64,000 nt of DNA from Acidimicrobiales bacterium (GTDB lineage Bacteria; Actinomycetota; Acidimicrobiia; Acidimicrobiales; SZUA-35), in the NCBI GenBank assembly GCA_050330635.1, contig JBHJNQ010000046.1, positions 2,808 through 66,807 on the forward strand, written 5' to 3'. A program made the position numbers and the translations under genes. This document shows, in pieces, positions 63,523-64,000 of the stretch. The notes under the pieces are model-generated. The model was not told the DNA's origin, searched no databases, and was given only the letters and a program-made list of their open reading frames with translations. Position 1 is the first letter of the stretch; each line of letters starts with the position of its first letter.

Positions 63523-64000
63523 GTGGGTACCGACAAACGTGCACGGCAGAAGGCCAACCGAGCCAGCAAGCAGGAAGCGTCGCAGCGGGTCGCCACCCGC
63601 CGGCAGTGGCGCCGGTACGCCATCACCGGCGTGATCGCCGCCGTGGCCCTGGCCGCCGTTCTGTTCGTGCTGTCGCTGGGCGGTGACGACGACGGCGACG
63701 ACACGGCAACCGACGCCGGGTCGGCAACCGAGACCACCACCGGAAACGACGCCGGGACCGGAGACGCAGACAGCGCAACCACCGATCCCACCCTCACCGA
63801 GGCGGCGGTGGAACCCCCCGGCCCGGGGGCCGCCATCGAGGGCACCCCCGACTGCCCGGCCGAGGACGGGTCGTCGGAGCGGACCACGTCGTTCACCGAG
63901 CCTCCACCACTGTGCATCGACCCGACGGCCAGCTACACGGCCGAGATGGTGACCACCGAGGGCACGATCGTCGCCGAGCTCTACCCCGACCGGGCCCCGG
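63523..64000 (+). CDS. membrane-anchored cyclophilin-type peptidyl-prolyl isomerase, partial (runs off the window end)
   Basis: Not in the track because the ORF is open at the window edge. GTG 63523 opens a basic N-terminus, a TM helix (YAITGVIAAVALAAVLFVL), an acidic T/D linker, then YTAEMVTTEGTIVAELYPDRAP, which is the start of a cyclophilin domain. Confidence 0.65.
   Translation, partial: MGTDKRARQKANRASKQEASQRVATRRQWRRYAITGVIAAVALAAVLFVLSLGGDDDGDDTATDAGSATETTTGNDAGTGDADSATTDPTLTEAAVEPPGPGAAIEGTPDCPAEDGSSERTTSFTEPPPLCIDPTASYTAEMVTTEGTIVAELYPDRAP

Overview
This is a high-GC (roughly 70%), densely coding actinobacterial chromosome segment. The lineage call rests on a WhiB regulator, a MarP-type protease, a GlnR-type orphan regulator, a DinB/TIGR03086-type protein, ask/asd and an ArsA-like ATPase pair. 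I can support about 65 protein genes and two tRNAs (tRNA-Sec with anticodon UCA, and tRNA-Pro-CGG). I saw no rRNA, CRISPR array, transposase, integrase or phage genes. Many long ORFs in the supplied track are Arg/Pro/Gly-rich shadow frames of real genes and were ignored.

Main blocks, in order:
- selC, surrounded by decayed genes (2.4-4.2 kb).
- Two tandem biotin-type carboxyltransferases, a double-length family III CoA-transferase and a third CoA-transferase (7.7-14.6 kb).
- An ECF sigma module, a Zn alcohol dehydrogenase and a housekeeping-type sigma-70 (15-19 kb).
- A LigB-type extradiol dioxygenase, an SDR and Rieske oxygenase alpha/beta subunits, next to two uncharacterised genes (19.7-24.9 kb).
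- nadE.
- A nitrogen hub: glnII, glnA, a GlnR-like regulator and gdh (30.5-35.1 kb).
- serS and ridA.
- A compact single-chain xanthine-dehydrogenase-like protein (37.3-38.9 kb).
- An ECF sigma, a soluble zinc-finger anti-sigma and an MscS-like channel (40.4-42.0 kb).
- selA-selB (43.8-46.9 kb).
- whiB, nfeD and two ArsA/Get3-like ATPases (46.9-50.7 kb).
- ask and asd, separated by three inserted genes (58.2-63.4 kb).

The observations most worth follow-up are:
- The orphan carboxyltransferase/CoA-transferase cluster with a fused pseudo-dimeric transferase.
- Complete Sec-insertion machinery with no selD or selenoprotein in view, and an 18-bp palindrome repeated upstream of selA.
- The gene wreckage around selC, including an in-frame TAG.
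- The sigma/anti-sigma/MscS operon.
- An unannotated 52-aa membrane ORF coupled to ridA.
- A long structured leader upstream of a secreted M23 peptidase.

Several genes carry start or frame anomalies, so sequence accuracy should be checked before any of these are interpreted biologically. All functional calls come from reading the translated sequences for motifs. No database search was run.
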